From the human T2T-CHM13v2.0 reference genome, Homo sapiens, in assembly GCF_009914755.1 (NCBI RefSeq), contig NC_060929.1: a DNA stretch of 64,000 nt. One strand, 5' to 3'. The notes beneath the pieces are model-generated. The model made no database searches and was not told the DNA's origin. It was given only the letters and a program-made list of their open reading frames with translations. Numbering within the stretch: position 1 is the first letter of the stretch; every line of letters starts with the position of its first letter. Shown in pieces: positions 13,014 to 25,446 of this stretch. A program made the translations under genes and the position numbers.

Positions 13014-13195
13014 CACAGAATCTTAGCATAGAGAAGGACCTTAGAGATCATTTATCCAAACCACCTCATGTTGTAATTCAGTTCATTTAACTACAAAAGA
13101 CAAGTTTGAGGCCCAGCAAGGTTAAATGCGCACTAGTCAGCTAACTAGTTAACTAGTGGTGGTGATTAAAGCCTAGGATTAAAGTCCCTGATCTA
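13014..13195 (-). mobile_element. MIR3-like fragment
   Basis: gaaggaccttagagatcatttatccaaacc...gaggcccagcaaggttaaatg. Confidence 0.55.
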
Positions 13196-13888
13196 GCTTT
13201 AGGAGGTTACTACCAGGGTAAATTGATAAAAGAAATTGATAAAAGATAAGAAGATAAAAGATAAAAGAAGGGGTGTAATTGTTTATTTTAATAATACCAA
13301 CCAGTTAAAAAGTCACCCAGAGACCATTGCTCTTGCCTCCATGACATAACCGGTCACATTATGAATTCATGAGGGTCTGTCCCATCTGTCTGAATGCAGT
13401 GTCTCACAGCAACCAGGTTCATTGTGATTGCACTTGGCTTCCATAAGGTCATGCACTTGTCCAGGTAATGCTTTTATAACCAAGACCTCATCCTTAGCCT
13501 GGTCTGCCTTCTCCCGCCCCCTCATGCCTGGAGAACCCACCTCCCTCTTCCAGCCAGCCTAACCTTAGAGAACATGGGAGGAGAAAAGATTTTCCATTCT
13601 TTCAGTCAGTCAGTCTGCCTGTCTGTCAGTTGCTGGGGCCTGCTATGTGCTAGACTCTGGGAGCTCTGCATGTTTGAGTAAGGACAGACAGAAGCAACAT
13701 TAAAACTAGCATAAACTACATTACTTTCTAAAACACTAAATAAAAGACATCTATGGCATCACTAACCATACCTAGTGAAAAGTACACTTTTTTATTTTAC
13801 GAATTTTAAAACATTGATAAACTAAGTCAATTTGAATTAGAATTAAACCTACATATTATTTTCTGATGCTTCTGTTTAAATAGAGCAT

Positions 13889-14294
13889 TGTGTTAGTCCA
13901 AGACCTCCAAGACATAGACATCAAGATGCCATTAAACATGCAATGATTTATTAGGAGACTGGGATGCAGGCTTGACCTGCAGTGGAGGTGAGAGGAAAGG
14001 AAAGGGAAGAAGGTGGATGAAGCTTCCTATACCGCCTGCAGAGTAACGGAGGCTTGGCAGGCTGTCAGGGAGTCCCTCAGCCAAAAGGGACCACCAGGAA
14101 AGTCCCACATCTCCCAGGAACAGGATGCCTTAGTCTCCCTGCCATTGTTTGGGCATTGGCTGGAAGCAGCCCATGGGAAATGTGGGCTCGGTGATAACAT
14201 AGTGACAGGTCTCAAAGTGCAGGAGCTGGGGCCTTTGGTTGATTGAGTTCCCCATAGATGGAAGTCTCTGAGCCACATTCTCACAGCTACCGCA
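13889..14294 (-). mobile_element. ERVL-class solo LTR (LTR33/LTR41-like)
   Basis: tgtgttagtccaagacctcc...atttattagg...cattggctggaagcagcccatggg; TG...CA ends. Confidence 0.6.
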
Positions 14295-14334
14295 GACATC
14301 AAAATAGTCTCTATGTTGAACCCCATAAAGTAGA

Positions 14335-14590
14335 GACTGTGTAGAATAGTTGTTGACGGAATCTGCTGTGGAATTAGACTACTGTTTTTGAGTCTGGTTC
14401 TGATCTTACCAGCAGCGTGACCTTGGGCAAGTTACTCTTGCCATGGACTCCAACCACTCATTTGTAAGATGTGGGTAATAATGATACTGAGTTCATAGGA
14501 TTGTGAAGATTACATTAATTAATGTAAGGCACTCTTGAGCAATGCCAAACTCAGACTACGAATGCTCAATAAAAGTTAGTTTTTATTATT
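14335..14590 (+). mobile_element. MIR, near full length
   Basis: gtgaccttgggcaagttact...gctcaataaaagttagtttttattatt. Confidence 0.85.
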
Positions 14591-14612
14591 GCATTCCATT
14601 TTAATTGTGGTC

Positions 14613-15005
14613 TATTAGGGTTAAATTGTGTCCCCTCAAAAAGATACATTGGAGTCCTAACCCTCAGTACCTCAGAATGTGACTGTACTTGGAGACTGGG
14701 CCTTTACAGAGACAATCGAGTTAAAATGGAGTTACAAGGGTGGTCCCTAATTCAGTGTGACCAGCATCTTTATAAAGGGAAATCTGAACAGAGACAGACA
14801 CACAGAGGGAAGACATTGTAAAGAGACAGGGAGAAAGGAAGGCCCTCTACAAGCCAAGGAGAGATGCCTGGAGCAGATCCTCCCCTCACAGCCCTCAGAA
14901 ATAACCAACCCTGCCTACACCTTGATCTTGGACTTTCAGCCTCCAGAATTATGAGCCACCCAGTCTGGAATAGTTTTGTTATGACAGCCCTAGAAAACCA
15001 ATACA
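14613..15005 (+). mobile_element. MLT1B-like MaLR solo LTR
   Basis: aattgtgtcccctcaaaaagatacattggagtcctaaccc...gacagccctagaaaaccaataca; 5-bp TSD tggtc/tggtt. Confidence 0.9.
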
Positions 15006-16038
15006 TGGTTCATTCTTGAATTTTGAAGCTCTGGTCCTGTCAAAGAAAGTTTTGAATGAGAATACTGGCTGGAAGTGGGTGCATTGGCCCCTGGCCCAAA
15101 AGCACTACAGCCTCCTTCAACACTGCAGCTGACAAACATGTCCAGTGTCAGAGCCCACCAGGCAGTGCCTTTTCCTCTGTGGCGGCACATGCCCTCTGTG
15201 TGTGAGTCCCAACCCTAGGGCCAGAACCGGTGCCTTGCTGTTATTTTAGATCAGGTACACTTTAACTGACAGTGGCAGACTTGGAAACAGACATTTGCCC
15301 ATAATTGCCATGATCTGTGACCATCATAGCTAGAGGTTGAAACCACCGTGCCTTATTCAAAGTGGATGTCCTGTGCAGAGTGAATTACAAAATTCAAGAG
15401 GAAGTTTACTGAGATTTCATGTGAGCTTATCCTGAAAAACAGTGGTCAAATAAATTCAGTCAAGAGAATTGAGAGAACTTTAAAAAACCCATCCAGAGTC
15501 TAATTTCTCCATCTGAACTGTAATACGATCTTATTTCATGTGAACAATTGCCTCAGCAAAGAGGTAGGGAGGGTGGGGTGGCGGGGGAGGGACAAAAAGG
15601 AGAAAAAGAAAAAAAGTCAAATTTTTCTGATGTTATCTGTGGTTGCCCAAGAGTCAATGCAAGTTTAATGAGCTTTGATCTGAGTTTCAACCAATTCAAT
15701 TCTTTCCGTTATCTAAATGGAATCAGTTTCTAACTGCCTCACAAGGACTCATTGCTACCTATGTTAGACTTGAGACAGTACCAGAGACATCATAACTGAG
15801 GGCAGAGCAAGAACCACCTCCACGGGCTGTTGCCTGCCCCTCCCTTTGGCTGGGTTGCATGGCTCGGGGAGCGTCTGTTAGGTTCAAACATCTTGTGAGT
15901 AAAGGGTTATGTGGTTCTGGGGTTGAGGAGCTGATAGCATCTTACCAACTGCAGCTCATGCCGGGCCTCTTGAATTGACAAGCACTTGCCACCCCAGAGG
16001 GATCCTGGGGTCAGAGGCTGGTCCAAATGAGGTTCTCC

Positions 16039-16039
16039 T

Positions 16040-16071
<32 letters not shown>
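16039..16071. repeat. T21-A12 abutting homopolymers
   Basis: cc T21 A12 ggg read directly. Confidence 0.95.
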
Positions 16072-16072
<1 letters not shown>

Positions 16073-16394
16073 GGTTTTCAAAGGGTTCACAGGTAGCACC
16101 GAATGCATGAGGTTAGAGAGCATCCTGCAAACGTTGGATATTTCCAGATAAAAGAAAATGCCTACAGGAGCAGTATCTCTCAGTTAAGTAGGTTTTGCCA
16201 GGGGAAGGGTGAAGCCTGTGGGAATGTAACTCTTTCCTTCTCCCCTCCCACCTTTCTGTCTCTCCTGGCGGGGATGCACGTTGCTAAATTTATCACTTCT
16301 TATATCATCGAAGCCAGAGAGTAGATGAGTAAGAAGCTCCAACCCTGTGTCCTAACAGATCTAGGGCAGAGGGTGTGGACAAGGAGAGAGTAAA

Positions 16395-16571
16395 TCATTG
16401 GTTCTCAATGCCGGCTGCACGTCGGAATCACCTGGTGAACATTAGCAAATATTTTTCCCAGTTGTGCCTCCAGATATTCTGATTTAAAAGGGCTGGGCTG
16501 GGGCTCTGGCAACGGTAGCTTGTAAGGCTCCCCAGGTAATTCTAATGCACAGCCTGAGTTGGACACAAGTG
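16395..16571. mobile_element. MER5A-family hAT-Charlie MITE
   Basis: cattggttctcaa...ggaatcacctgg...ccccaggtaattctaatgcacagcc. Confidence 0.8.
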
Positions 16572-18039
16572 AGGTCACCTCAGGCACCTCCGGCAATAGA
16601 GTAGCAACCCAGAAAGTCCGTTCCTCCACCCCTGAGTGCAGCCCAGCCCACTGCCCTCACTGATGGAGAAGCTTCCAGAAATGAAGGGAGCCAGTCAAGG
16701 TGAGGGAAACCCTGGGACCCTGAATCTGCTGCGGGAATGTCCCTCCATCAAAGTCATGCATGAGGCCACTGGAATCACGAAGTCTGTGGAGACTGCCTTC
16801 CCAGGCAGGCAGGCATTTGGGTGGAAAGGGGAGCATGGCATTTGTTAAGCAAGAAAAGAGAGGCCCAGGGGTTTCTGCCAAAAGGAAGAAGGTAGAAGTG
16901 GGTGTTAGGGAGCCTGAATCTGAAGCCAGGAAACTGCACAGAGGCAAGAGGGCGTGCGGTCCTCACCAGAGCCTGAGGGAGAGAGGCACTGCCCTCGAAC
17001 CTGCCCTCAAGCCCCAGCTCCACAGCACCCAACTCGACGAGGGTGGGTCACAAATCACAAGGGGACTGCAATGGTGGTTTTCTTCTCTTTCTTGAGAATA
17101 AATACAGAGACCCTATTTTTCCTGTTTACTCAATGGACTTACTTACAAAGGAGGCCATTTATAACCTGGGCATTTAATCCTTGTGCTTCTCTGGCCTAGT
17201 GAGTGAGAGAGGTGTCCTTCAATCCCTGGCTGTGGGGTGGGACCGGGACAGTAATTCACCTGGGCTAGACTGAAAGAAGGAATTGTGTTCTCTCACCTGC
17301 TTACATTTTGCTTCTGGGGATAGTTCCTTTTACCTTATCTAGATGGAAAATTTCCTGAAGTGAGAAATGCTTTTGCCATCTGCCTTGCCCAGGTAGTCTA
17401 CCTCAGATGGAGTCACCACAAACAATTGTGTGCGTGTCTCCTGATGTCCATCGCTGTCACGGGGAGAGAGGCCGACTATCACCCCACTGGAGCCCTCCTT
17501 CTAGAGGGCATCAGTGGCCCCTATCCTATCTGCCGCTGGGCTAAGGCTAGAATGTACGTGTGACACACACCTAGCTGGAGCCCGGCTGCAGCTGCCACAT
17601 TGCAGGTTCTCCATCCAGCAAGTACAATCTTAGAGCAGAGGAAGACTTTCCAGAGGCATTTGCTCTCGCTGGTTGGAAGAGACACTCAGGAACACATAAA
17701 AACTACATAAGAGGAGGGGTGTAGGTTTGAAACTGCCAGTAGCTCATTTTGTGAAGGAGACAAAATTGGCTTTGCTAAATTGATGGGCTCTGGTTGGCTG
17801 CTGTCACCTACTACTCATAGTAGCCACAACCTCAGAGGAGAGAGAAAGGACAGTGTAAATGACAGCTTTGGGAAGGGTGTGAGCCAAGAGGGTGTCACCA
17901 GGGCAGAGAGCCACTATCTTCCTCTCCTACTGCTTCCCTGCAGTAGGATTCGTGCCACACTCCATCTGGCCATGTGGCCCAGACATGCACTGGAACCTGG
18001 CTTGGAGACATCTCCTGCTCCCTTTGTCTAGGTCATTTC

Positions 18040-18305
18040 TTCTCCTCCTCCTTCAGATTCATGGTCAATCTACCTTAGGTCCTTCAGAAACCTGTCTTGA
18101 CCTCTCTGATTAGGCTCAGTTGCCTTACTGATGTCCTCATAGCACCAGGCACCTCTCCTTCACAGCACTAACCAGAGTTATAGTTTTACTACTCATCTCC
18201 TTCAGTAGACTGCAAACCCCGGGAAGCCAGGAGCAGTGTCTGTTCCTGATTATGGTTTTATTCCCATCACCTTCCACAGTATATAACATAGTAGAAACTT
18301 AACAT
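18040..18305 (+). mobile_element. L2 3' fragment
   Basis: tagactgcaaaccccgggaagccaggagcagtgtctg...acatagtagaaacttaa. Confidence 0.65.
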
Positions 18306-19019
18306 GTAACCAATTTTCTGCCTACAAGAAGATTTGTGTGCATGTGTTTACTTTATGAATGCATTATCCCTTAAAAATAACAGGTGTGGCAACTATAATA
18401 TACATTGACACTGCCCTCTCCCATCCAAACATACACCATTTCCCCTTATAGGTTTGAGAGCACTGATCTCTCTCTCGTGGGTGAGTATGGGTCATCAATG
18501 GAGCCCTAGCCAATGCCTTGGGGACACTGTGCCTGGAAACCAGACAGCCCTTACCCACCTGGCTCCACTACTGCCCAAACCTCAGAGTCAGCCAATAGCC
18601 CTTTCAGACCACAAACAGAGGAAAAGAGAATGGCCTCTGGAGAAGTTAAAAGGGATATGAAACCACATTACTATGCTTTGGGAATGAAAAGTATTAGAAT
18701 AAATCCTTAAGGATCTAATCTCATCCTTGGAAACACTTTTCTAAAACCATACAGGCCTCTGACATGTGTTAGCTCCACTCCCACTTATTAAAGCCATCCA
18801 CTGGCCATTTAAGGAAGGACAAATCCATTCTGTGCACTGTGTCATTAGGTTAAAGGCATGGGAAAACAAATGCACTTGGACACAGGCCACAGACTATTTC
18901 CAGACAGTGGAACCTCAGGGAATTGGCTCCATCCAGATCCTCCTGGGAGACAGGAGGCAGCAGACGTGCCATTAGTAGTTTCATGCAATTACCATGGATG
19001 ACTGGGGAGAGTGGAGAGG

Positions 19020-19283
19020 ACAGGGCTTGTCGGGTTTAAGAGCAGGGAGTCTGGTCATATAGACCAGCATAGGGACTGGGCTCCACAATTTACAGGTAGA
19101 CTAACTCAGCAAATCAGTTAAACTTACGATCCTCTCTTCCTCATGTAAAATAGACATGATAATGATATCTCATAGAGCTGCCATACAAATTAGCGAAGTA
19201 ATTCATGAGGCCACCATGCCTGGCCTCATGTAAAGCACTTTGCCTAGCACATAGAAAATAATTAATATTAGATATTAGTATTA
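19020..19283 (+). mobile_element. MIR carrying an ~18-nt Alu-like insert
   Basis: ttcctcatgtaaaatag...catgtaaagcactttgcctagcacatag. Confidence 0.7.
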
Positions 19284-20533
19284 AGAATGAAGCAAATGTT
19301 AGAAAAGAAAATCTGTACATTTCTAACTACACAGGTTAGCTCCTTTCCAAGTGATCAATAAATGAAACACTGTACTATTATGTATCTCCTTTCATTCAAA
19401 CATCTTTTCCAAAATATAGTTGCCACCCGGTGCCCACTGGTCTCCCTTGCTTTCTTTCAGGATCCATAGTAAATGAGGTATGGTTTTGGTCAAAGCTGAT
19501 TTTTGTGTTGAAATTATGCATTTAAAAGAATTTTTGGCAAGGAGGATCATTTTGGGTAGTTTGGATACCATGAGTCAAGAGAAATTTGAGTTCACAGGAT
19601 TATTGTCTCGTGCGATTGAAAATTCCAACAATTCATGAGGAAGTCTCTTAAAAGGTATATTCAAGTCTGGAAGGACCAAAGCATAGTTTCTCTAAATGAT
19701 ATGTCTTTTAGGACATTCCTTAAGTGATTTGCTTTGTTTGGGGCTCTTTTAAGAAACCACATGTAATTACATTCAAGTATTCAGAAGGTTAAGCCTCAAA
19801 CTAGCAAATGCCAAGAAATTCAATGTTCTGATTGCCAGCCCATCTCTAATTCAGCAAGTGGGCCTTTGTTCCTCCCCGAAAGCATAATGCTGTCAGAAAA
19901 GAATGTGAGCTGTAGTGTCTATGGCTTTTGGCTTCTCTCTGTAGCATTCCTTTCCATTATTTGGGCAGGTCTTTTGATATTAATCAATTCTAGTATTATT
20001 TATAAATAGTCTTATCTAGGGAGGAAAGGCACATACATATCTTAAGACAGGCACTACATGCTAATGACAGGGCATTGTGAGGTTTTTCAAAGTCTATATG
20101 AGTCAAGTCTACAAAAGCATTCTGAAACCGAGTTCCCGAGGGTTTGTGATACCTTCTTTTTACTAACTCACTTCTAATAGGGGTAGTCATGCCTTGTGCA
20201 TGCAGAAATGTTGCTTTTACTCATCATGGACTAGATCGCTGTTGAATCCAATATTCTAATTCTTTCAGACCACTGAGACCTCAGATGTTTTTCTTTCCTG
20301 CTATTGCTTAAATGATCACCAGTCTATAAGGTAGAAGCTGAAAGAAATAAAGCCATGCCTAAAGGAAATCAGACTTCATACAATTGTGTCTTGCAACTAA
20401 AGACAAAATGTGTAACTATTCTCTATGACTACTCTCTATGCTGGATTCTCTTGAAGTTTTGGTGCTCATAGAACTACCAGATGAATACCCGTAATGGAAG
20501 TGGAAAAGCAAAGAAAGGCTGTTGACAAAAGAG

Positions 20534-21632
20534 CTTCATCCATTCATTCAGGAAAAAAAAAAAATTAACAATGTCTAGTTTGAACCAAGTGCTGTTCTGG
20601 GCACAGAGGATACACACAAAAATGCTCAGATTGCAGTGTTGGGAAACATACAATAAATGTGTGGTATGTATGGTACTTCAGTGTAAAATGTGTGGCACAT
20701 TGGGAAGAAGTGATATGTATAAAAATAACATGGGGAAGAGGAATAAAGAGTTCTGAGGGCAGGGCACAAGTAACTACAATTTATAGTTACAAAGGTGGCC
20801 ATGGAATCCCCACTAATATCTGAGCAAAGACCTGAAAGAACTGAATCAGGGATTCATGTGGATGTCTAAAGAAAAACACATTCTCAGCAGAAAGGGCGCT
20901 ACTTTAGCCTTGTGCAAGGAAGAGGCCAGCATGACTGGAGAAAGGGAGTGGGAGTGGCAGGAGTCAAGCTGAGAGAAGATGGGGAGGGGCTGTTGAAGTA
21001 GCACATTGTGGGCCATTTATAAAGACTTGGGCTTTTACTCTGAGTGAGATACAGTCATTGTAGTGTCATGAGTAGGGGTGACCAGATGTGCCTTTTGCTT
21101 TATAAGAACCCCCTGGATGCAGTATTAAGAATGGGTGGTATGGGGGGAAGGCAGAAACAAGCCAATTAGGAAGAATGTTGAAGACTTGGACCAGAGGTCT
21201 AAGAAGTGGCCAGATCCTGAATTATTTCAAAGGAAGAGCTAATAGGATTTGCTAATGGGATTAGATATAGGTTTGAAAGAAAGACATGAGTCAAGAGTAA
21301 CTCCAAGATTTTTTTGCTTGAACACCAAAAGATGGAATTGTTATATTTTAAGAAAAGAGTGGGGGCGGGGGTGGTGGCGAGGATTTGAATATTGATGTGT
21401 TAAGTTTGAGATGCTTATTAGACATCAAAATAGAGATGTTGAGTAGGTAGCTGGAGTGAAAAATATGGAATTCAAGGAAAAAGTCTAGACTTGAGACATA
21501 TTTTTAGGTTTTATCAGCCTTTGGATGATACTTAGAGACATGTGACTGGCTAAGGTCACTCACATGGTGAACGTAGGTGGAAAAGAGAAAACATCCAAGG
21601 ACCAAACCCTGTGGTATTCCAGTATTTGAAAG
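20534..21632 (-). mobile_element. L2a, about 1.1 kb
   Basis: catccattcattca 3' end; ggcttttactctgagtgaga; gttaagtttgagatgcttattagacatc. Confidence 0.85.
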
Positions 21633-22009
21633 TATATATCTGGCGCAACTCTGGACAATTGCATTATTCATAAATGTCCTAATCCTGCTTTGTTCAGAAA
21701 ACCTCATTTTGTTAAATCAAGCAATTTAATATCTTTCAAATTTTCTCAACTGGAGTGCTCCTATAATACAGTAATACTTAATGCTATGATTATAGAAACT
21801 CTAAAATCTTTTTTGTGCTGAAGGAATTCTTAGTCATCAACCTTCATAAATAATTTTTGAAAGCTTCTTTGTCAATGACTAGGCTAGTGCTATAAATCCA
21901 AGCAAAGACAGATATCCAAAAGCCTTTTTGTATTGCTTACATTAAATCAAGTGATACTATCCCAAAATCAAAAGTGCAAACTCAAATATTATGTTTTACT
22001 AAGAAAGAA

Positions 22010-22523
22010 TGTATTTGTTATCTATTACTGCATAATAAATTACCCCCCAAAATTTTAGTGGCTTGAAACAAGCATTTATTATCTCACAGTTCCTGTAGGT
22101 TGGGAATCCAGGCATGGTTTAGCTGGATTCTTTGGCTTAGGGTCTCTCATGAGGCTGCAATAAGGCTGTTAGTTGGGACTGTGGTCTCATCTGAAGGTTC
22201 AACTGGGGGAATAATCTGCAGTTGATCAGAGGCAACCCCCTAGTTCCTTGCCACATGGGCCTCTCCAGCTTAATTCATGAGAGAAAGCATGTGAGAAGGG
22301 CCAGAAAGACAGTGCTAGCAAGAGAGTGAATGAAAGCAAGATGACAGTCACAGTCTTTTGTAAACCAAACATAAAAATGGCATCCCATCGCTTTTACTGT
22401 ATTCTATTAATTTGAAGCAGGCGAGTAGGCCCAGACTACACACAAGAGAAAGAGACTACATCAGAGTGTGAATACCAGGAGGCAGGAATTATTAGAGACT
22501 GTCTTAGAAGTTTGCCTACCACA
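22010..22523 (-). mobile_element. MLT1F-like MaLR solo LTR
   Basis: tgtatttgttatctattactgcataataaattacccc...tttattatctcacagtt...gtcttagaagtttgcctaccaca. Confidence 0.85.
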
Positions 22524-22539
22524 GAGAGCATGGGTAATT

Positions 22540-24954
22540 ATTCTTTATAATTAATAAACTATTTTTAGGACAATTTTAGGTTCACAGGAAAGTTGAGAAG
22601 AGGGTACAAAGATTCCCATATACTCCTTGCCCCCTCAGACACATAACCTCCCCCCATTATCAACATTCCTTCATCATAGTAATATATTTGTTATAATCAA
22701 TGAACCTACATTGACACATCATTATCACCCAAAGCCTATAGAGTCATTCTTTTTGTTATACATGGATAACATATCCATATTCTATGGATTTTGACATATA
22801 ACAAAGTGTATTCATCATTGTAGTATCATAAAAAGTAGTTTCACTGCCCTAAAAATGATCTGTGCTTTGCCTATTCATCCCTTACTCCCCTCAACCCCTG
22901 GCAACCACTGATCTTTTTAGTGTCCATAGTTTTACCCTTTCCAGAATGTCATAGAGTTGGAATTATTAAATATGTAACTTTTCTGATTGGCTTCTTTCAC
23001 TTAGTAATATGCATTTAAGTTTCATCTATGCATTTTCATGGCTTCACAGCTCCTTTCTTTTTAGTGCTGAATAATATTCCATTGTCCAGATGGACAGATT
23101 ATTTATTCACCCACCTACTGAAAGGTGTTTTGGTTGCTTCTAAGATTGAGCAATTATGAATAAGGTTGCTATAAATATCTGTGTACAGGTTTTTGTGTAG
23201 ACATAAGTTTTCTATTTATTTGGGTAAATACCAGGAAGTGTGATTGCCAGATCGTATTTAAGAGTATGTTTAGTTTTGTAAGAAACCACCAAACTGTCTT
23301 CCAAAGTGGCTGTACAGTTTTCCCATTGCTCTATATCCTCACCAGCATTTGTTGTTACCACTGTTTTGGATTTTGACCACTCTAACAAGTATGTAGGGAT
23401 ACCTCACTGTTTTAATTTGAAATTCTCTAATAACATATGATGATGAATATCTTTTAATATGCTTCCTTGCCATCTGTATATCTTCATTGATGGGATGTCT
23501 ATTCGGGCCTTTTTAAATTTTTTTATTAGTTGATTTTTAAAATTTTTGAGTTTAAAGAGTTCTTTGCATATTTTGGATAATAGTCCTTTATCAGCTGTGT
23601 CTTTTTCAAATATTTCCTCCCAATCTGTGGCTTGTCTTCTCATTCTCTTGATGCTGTCTTTTGCATAGGAGGAATTTTTAATTTTAATGAAGTACAGCTG
23701 ATCAATTGTTTCTTTCATGGTTTGTGCCTTTGGCATTGTATCTAAAAAGTCCTTGCCATACCCAAAGTCATCTAGGTTTTCCCTTATGTTACCTTCTAGG
23801 AGTTTTATAGGTTTGGATTTTGCATTTAGGTTCATGATCCATCTTGAGTTAAATTTTATGACAGTGTAAGAGTCTGCGTTCTGTGTCTAGATTTCTTTTT
23901 TGCATATGGATATCCAGTTGTTTTAACTATTTCTTTAAAAACCTATCCAACAATAGCCATTGTCAAAGATCAGTTGACTATATTTATGTGGGTGTAGGTC
24001 TATTTCTGGGCTCTCTGTTCTGTTCCATTGATCTATTTGCCTATGCTTTTACCATCACCACACTCCCTTAATTACTGTAGCTTTATAATAAGTACTGAAG
24101 TTGAGTAGTGTTAGTCTTTCAACTTTGTTATTCTTCTTCAATATTGACTTGATTATTCTGGGCCTTTTGCCTCTCCATACAAACTTTATAATGAATTTGT
24201 CAATATCCACAAAATAACTGTTGGAATTTTGGTTGGGATTGCATTGAATCTATAAGTCAAGTTGGGAAAAGCTGATATCCTTACCATATGGAGTCTTTGT
24301 ATCTATAAACATGGAATATCTCTCCATTTATTTAGCTCTTCGTTGATACTTTCATCAGAGTTTTATAGTTTACCTCTAATAGATTTTGTACATATTTTGT
24401 TAGATTTGTAAGTATTCAGACTTGGAGGATGTTAATATATTTACATTATAATGTAATATATGTTACATTATATACAATGTACATATACATCATATACATT
24501 ACATGTTATATTATATTACATATAATTACATTTTATTAAATTATAATATATTTTTAACTTCAAATTCGACTTGTTCATTGCTGGTGTATAGATAAGTGAT
24601 TGACTTTTGTATATTAACATTGTATCCTTCAATCTTGCTACAGCCACTTATTAGTTTCAGGAGTTTTGTTTTATTTTTTGTTGATTCTTTCAGATTCTCT
24701 TTACAGGCAATCATGGATTGCAAAAAAAGACACTTTTATTTCTTCTCAGCCTGTATACTTCTATTTCCTTTTCTTGTCTTCTTGCATTAGGTAAGACGTC
24801 CAGTGTGATGTTGAAAAGCAGTGGTGAGAGGGAACATCTTGCCTTATTCCTGATCTTGATGAGAAAGCTTTGAGTTTCTCACCATTAATTATGATGTAGA
24901 CTTTTTATAGATGTTCTTGGTCAAGTTGAGGAAGGTCTCTTCTTCTGATTTGCT
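22540..24954 (-). mobile_element. L1MC1/2-like LINE-1 (3'UTR plus degraded ORF2)
   Basis: L1MC-type 3' end (caattttaggttcacaggaaagttgag); ORF2-like peptides at 23404-23835 and 24541-24723; TSD gagagcatgggtaatt / gagagcagcggtaatt. Confidence 0.88.
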
Positions 24955-25064
24955 GAGAGCAGCGGTAATTTTTAACATCAATACATTTAGATTTATGCCA
25001 TTATTACTAGGCAGTTAGATGCATCTTTAACTCAAAAATATTTTGTCCTTTGAAATCCCAATTT

Positions 25065-25250
25065 TTTAATACTTCAAGTTTGTAACTCCTTAGTGCATCA
25101 TAAAATAAATTTAGTGGGCATGTCCAGCATTAAAAAAAACATAAATAAAGCAGAAGCTACTATACATTGCATATACAAAGGCTTAGAAGATGTACTACAT
25201 TGTGAAGTAAATTCTATTTCTTTTTAAGAGTCATGGTCAAAATTAGTGAT
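25065..25250. mobile_element. hAT-Charlie MITE (MER103-like)
   Basis: tcataaaataaatttagtgggcatgtccagcattaaaaaaa...gtcatggtcaaaa. Confidence 0.5.
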
Positions 25251-25276
25251 TTCCATAATACTGTTAAGTATGAGTG

Positions 25277-25446
25277 TGCCACCAAAACATAGTCGGCAGA
25301 AACAGCTACCCCCAAACTACATAAAGGAATGAATATCAGAAGAAAAGAAATGCCACCAAAACATATTCGGCAGAAAGATCTACCCCCAAACTACATAAAG
25401 GAATGAATATCAGAAGAAAAGAAATGCAATCAGAAGAAAAGAAATG
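25277..25446. repeat. 74-bp tandem duplication plus nested 20-bp partial repeat
   Basis: tgccaccaaaacata...atcagaagaaaagaaa at 25277 and 25351; atcagaagaaaagaaatg again at 25429. Confidence 0.95.

Noticed and set aside
19441-19483. 17-nt microexon (strong acceptor, GAG|GTATGG donor)
   Set aside because: Donor is mediocre, length is not frame-preserving, and there is no other support.
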